Of a stretch of DNA of 64,000 nucleotides, positions 63,087-64,000 are shown one piece after another (the stretch's first letter is position 1; each line of letters starts with the position of its first letter). The translations under genes were made by a program, and so were the position numbers. Origin of the DNA: Mytilus californianus. Its lineage: Eukaryota. The notes under the pieces were generated by a model. The model worked only from the letters and a program-made list of their open reading frames with translations, did no database searches and was not told where the DNA came from. The stretch covers positions 100,626,001 through 100,690,000 of the forward strand of contig NW_026262734.1 of the NCBI RefSeq assembly GCF_021869535.1, given 5' to 3'.

Positions 63087-64000
63087 CTTCACTCACAGTT
63101 TAATCGATGGATTCAAGAGTTTTTCCATTAGATTCGTTGGTATACTGTTAATTGGATTATGTGACAAGTCACTGAAATATAAAAAAATATGTGTTCAGGC
63201 TTAAATAGCTTAAATATTGCGTAAAGCAAAGTTTTGTGAAAGGTCGTGTGACATAATCAGTCAAACAGACTTTATTAGCTCAACTCGTTAAGGAACGATC
63301 GTTGTCATTGGTCAATTCAAACCTGCGCCCTCAAATAAATTCTAAACCCACGCCCAAGCATACCGGGCATACTATAAACGTTCGAAAGTTGAATGTGCTG
63401 ATTGGGTACAGGATTGTGTACTTGATTATTGCATGGCAAATCTAGCTTATATCCATGTGCATGTAAGATTTATATTATAATTTTGTGCAATAGTTCGAAT
63501 AAGGTCCTCCGTCTTAAATTTTTAAATTTTATTTGGAAGGCTCTTGATTTTTTTTTCACGGCGAAATATTGGATCCAATTTTTTTCTCGCAAATACTCTT
63601 CTGGGTTACTTTCGTACTACTGTTTTATCTATTAAGTGAAACATTATGTGTTTGCATTAAGAAAAAATTATGAAATATGACTGAAATGACTCAGTGATGT
63701 TGGATAAAGGTAAATGAGACCGCAATTAACGTCAATAATAGCTAAAATACATAAAACAGATGATGCATTGCACGATTTTACAGTATATAGATTTGTGAAA
63801 TAAATTGTTTGCACTTCATACTATATCGTTAACCTCCTCCTCTACCCTTAAACTAGGCCCAATTATACTAAACATTTTGTAAATATGAAGCTACATATAG
63901 AAATTATTAAGGAAAAAGGAATTTATAAATTTACATCATGGCTTAATTCATTAACTTTAAAAATCAGGGAAGCTTGGGGTTTAAGGAATTCGACTTGGGA

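Noticed and set aside
63290-63420. CCAAT, CCCACGCCC and TATAAA cluster as a promoter
   Set aside because: Motifs are short and no linked first exon could be established. Plausible but unsupported.

Overview
Strongly AT-rich eukaryotic genomic DNA with GT-AG spliceosomal introns. The SINE, Penelope-like and hammerhead repeat content points to a bivalve mollusc, most likely a Mytilus mussel (inference). Host coding content: (1) the last two exons of a + strand METTL24/FkbM-like methyltransferase gene (1293-1479, 3197-3478); (2) a - strand LRAT/NlpC-P60-domain gene broken by a stop and a frameshift (7802-9578); (3) two paralogous - strand signal-anchor first exons (about 30.9 kb and 37.2 kb) whose downstream exons I could not resolve; (4) a complete 4-exon - strand gene for an unrecognised ~150-aa, probably GPI-anchored surface protein (53710-61877), which the ORF track does not show as a unit. 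The rest is mobile DNA: tRNA-derived SINEs with 12-bp TSDs, CR1/L2-type LINE remnants, Helentron-like HINEs, TA- and TTAA-flanked MITEs, a ~2.4-kb local duplication and several tandem arrays. The most notable layer is structured RNA inside retroelements. A textbook type II SECIS lies just behind the stop codon of a Penelope-like RT (49160-49235, -). Two families of minimal type I hammerhead ribozymes with palindromic stem III are present (best copies 3982-4020 + and 14004-14045 -), repeatedly arranged tail-to-tail. All alignments and folds were done by eye.
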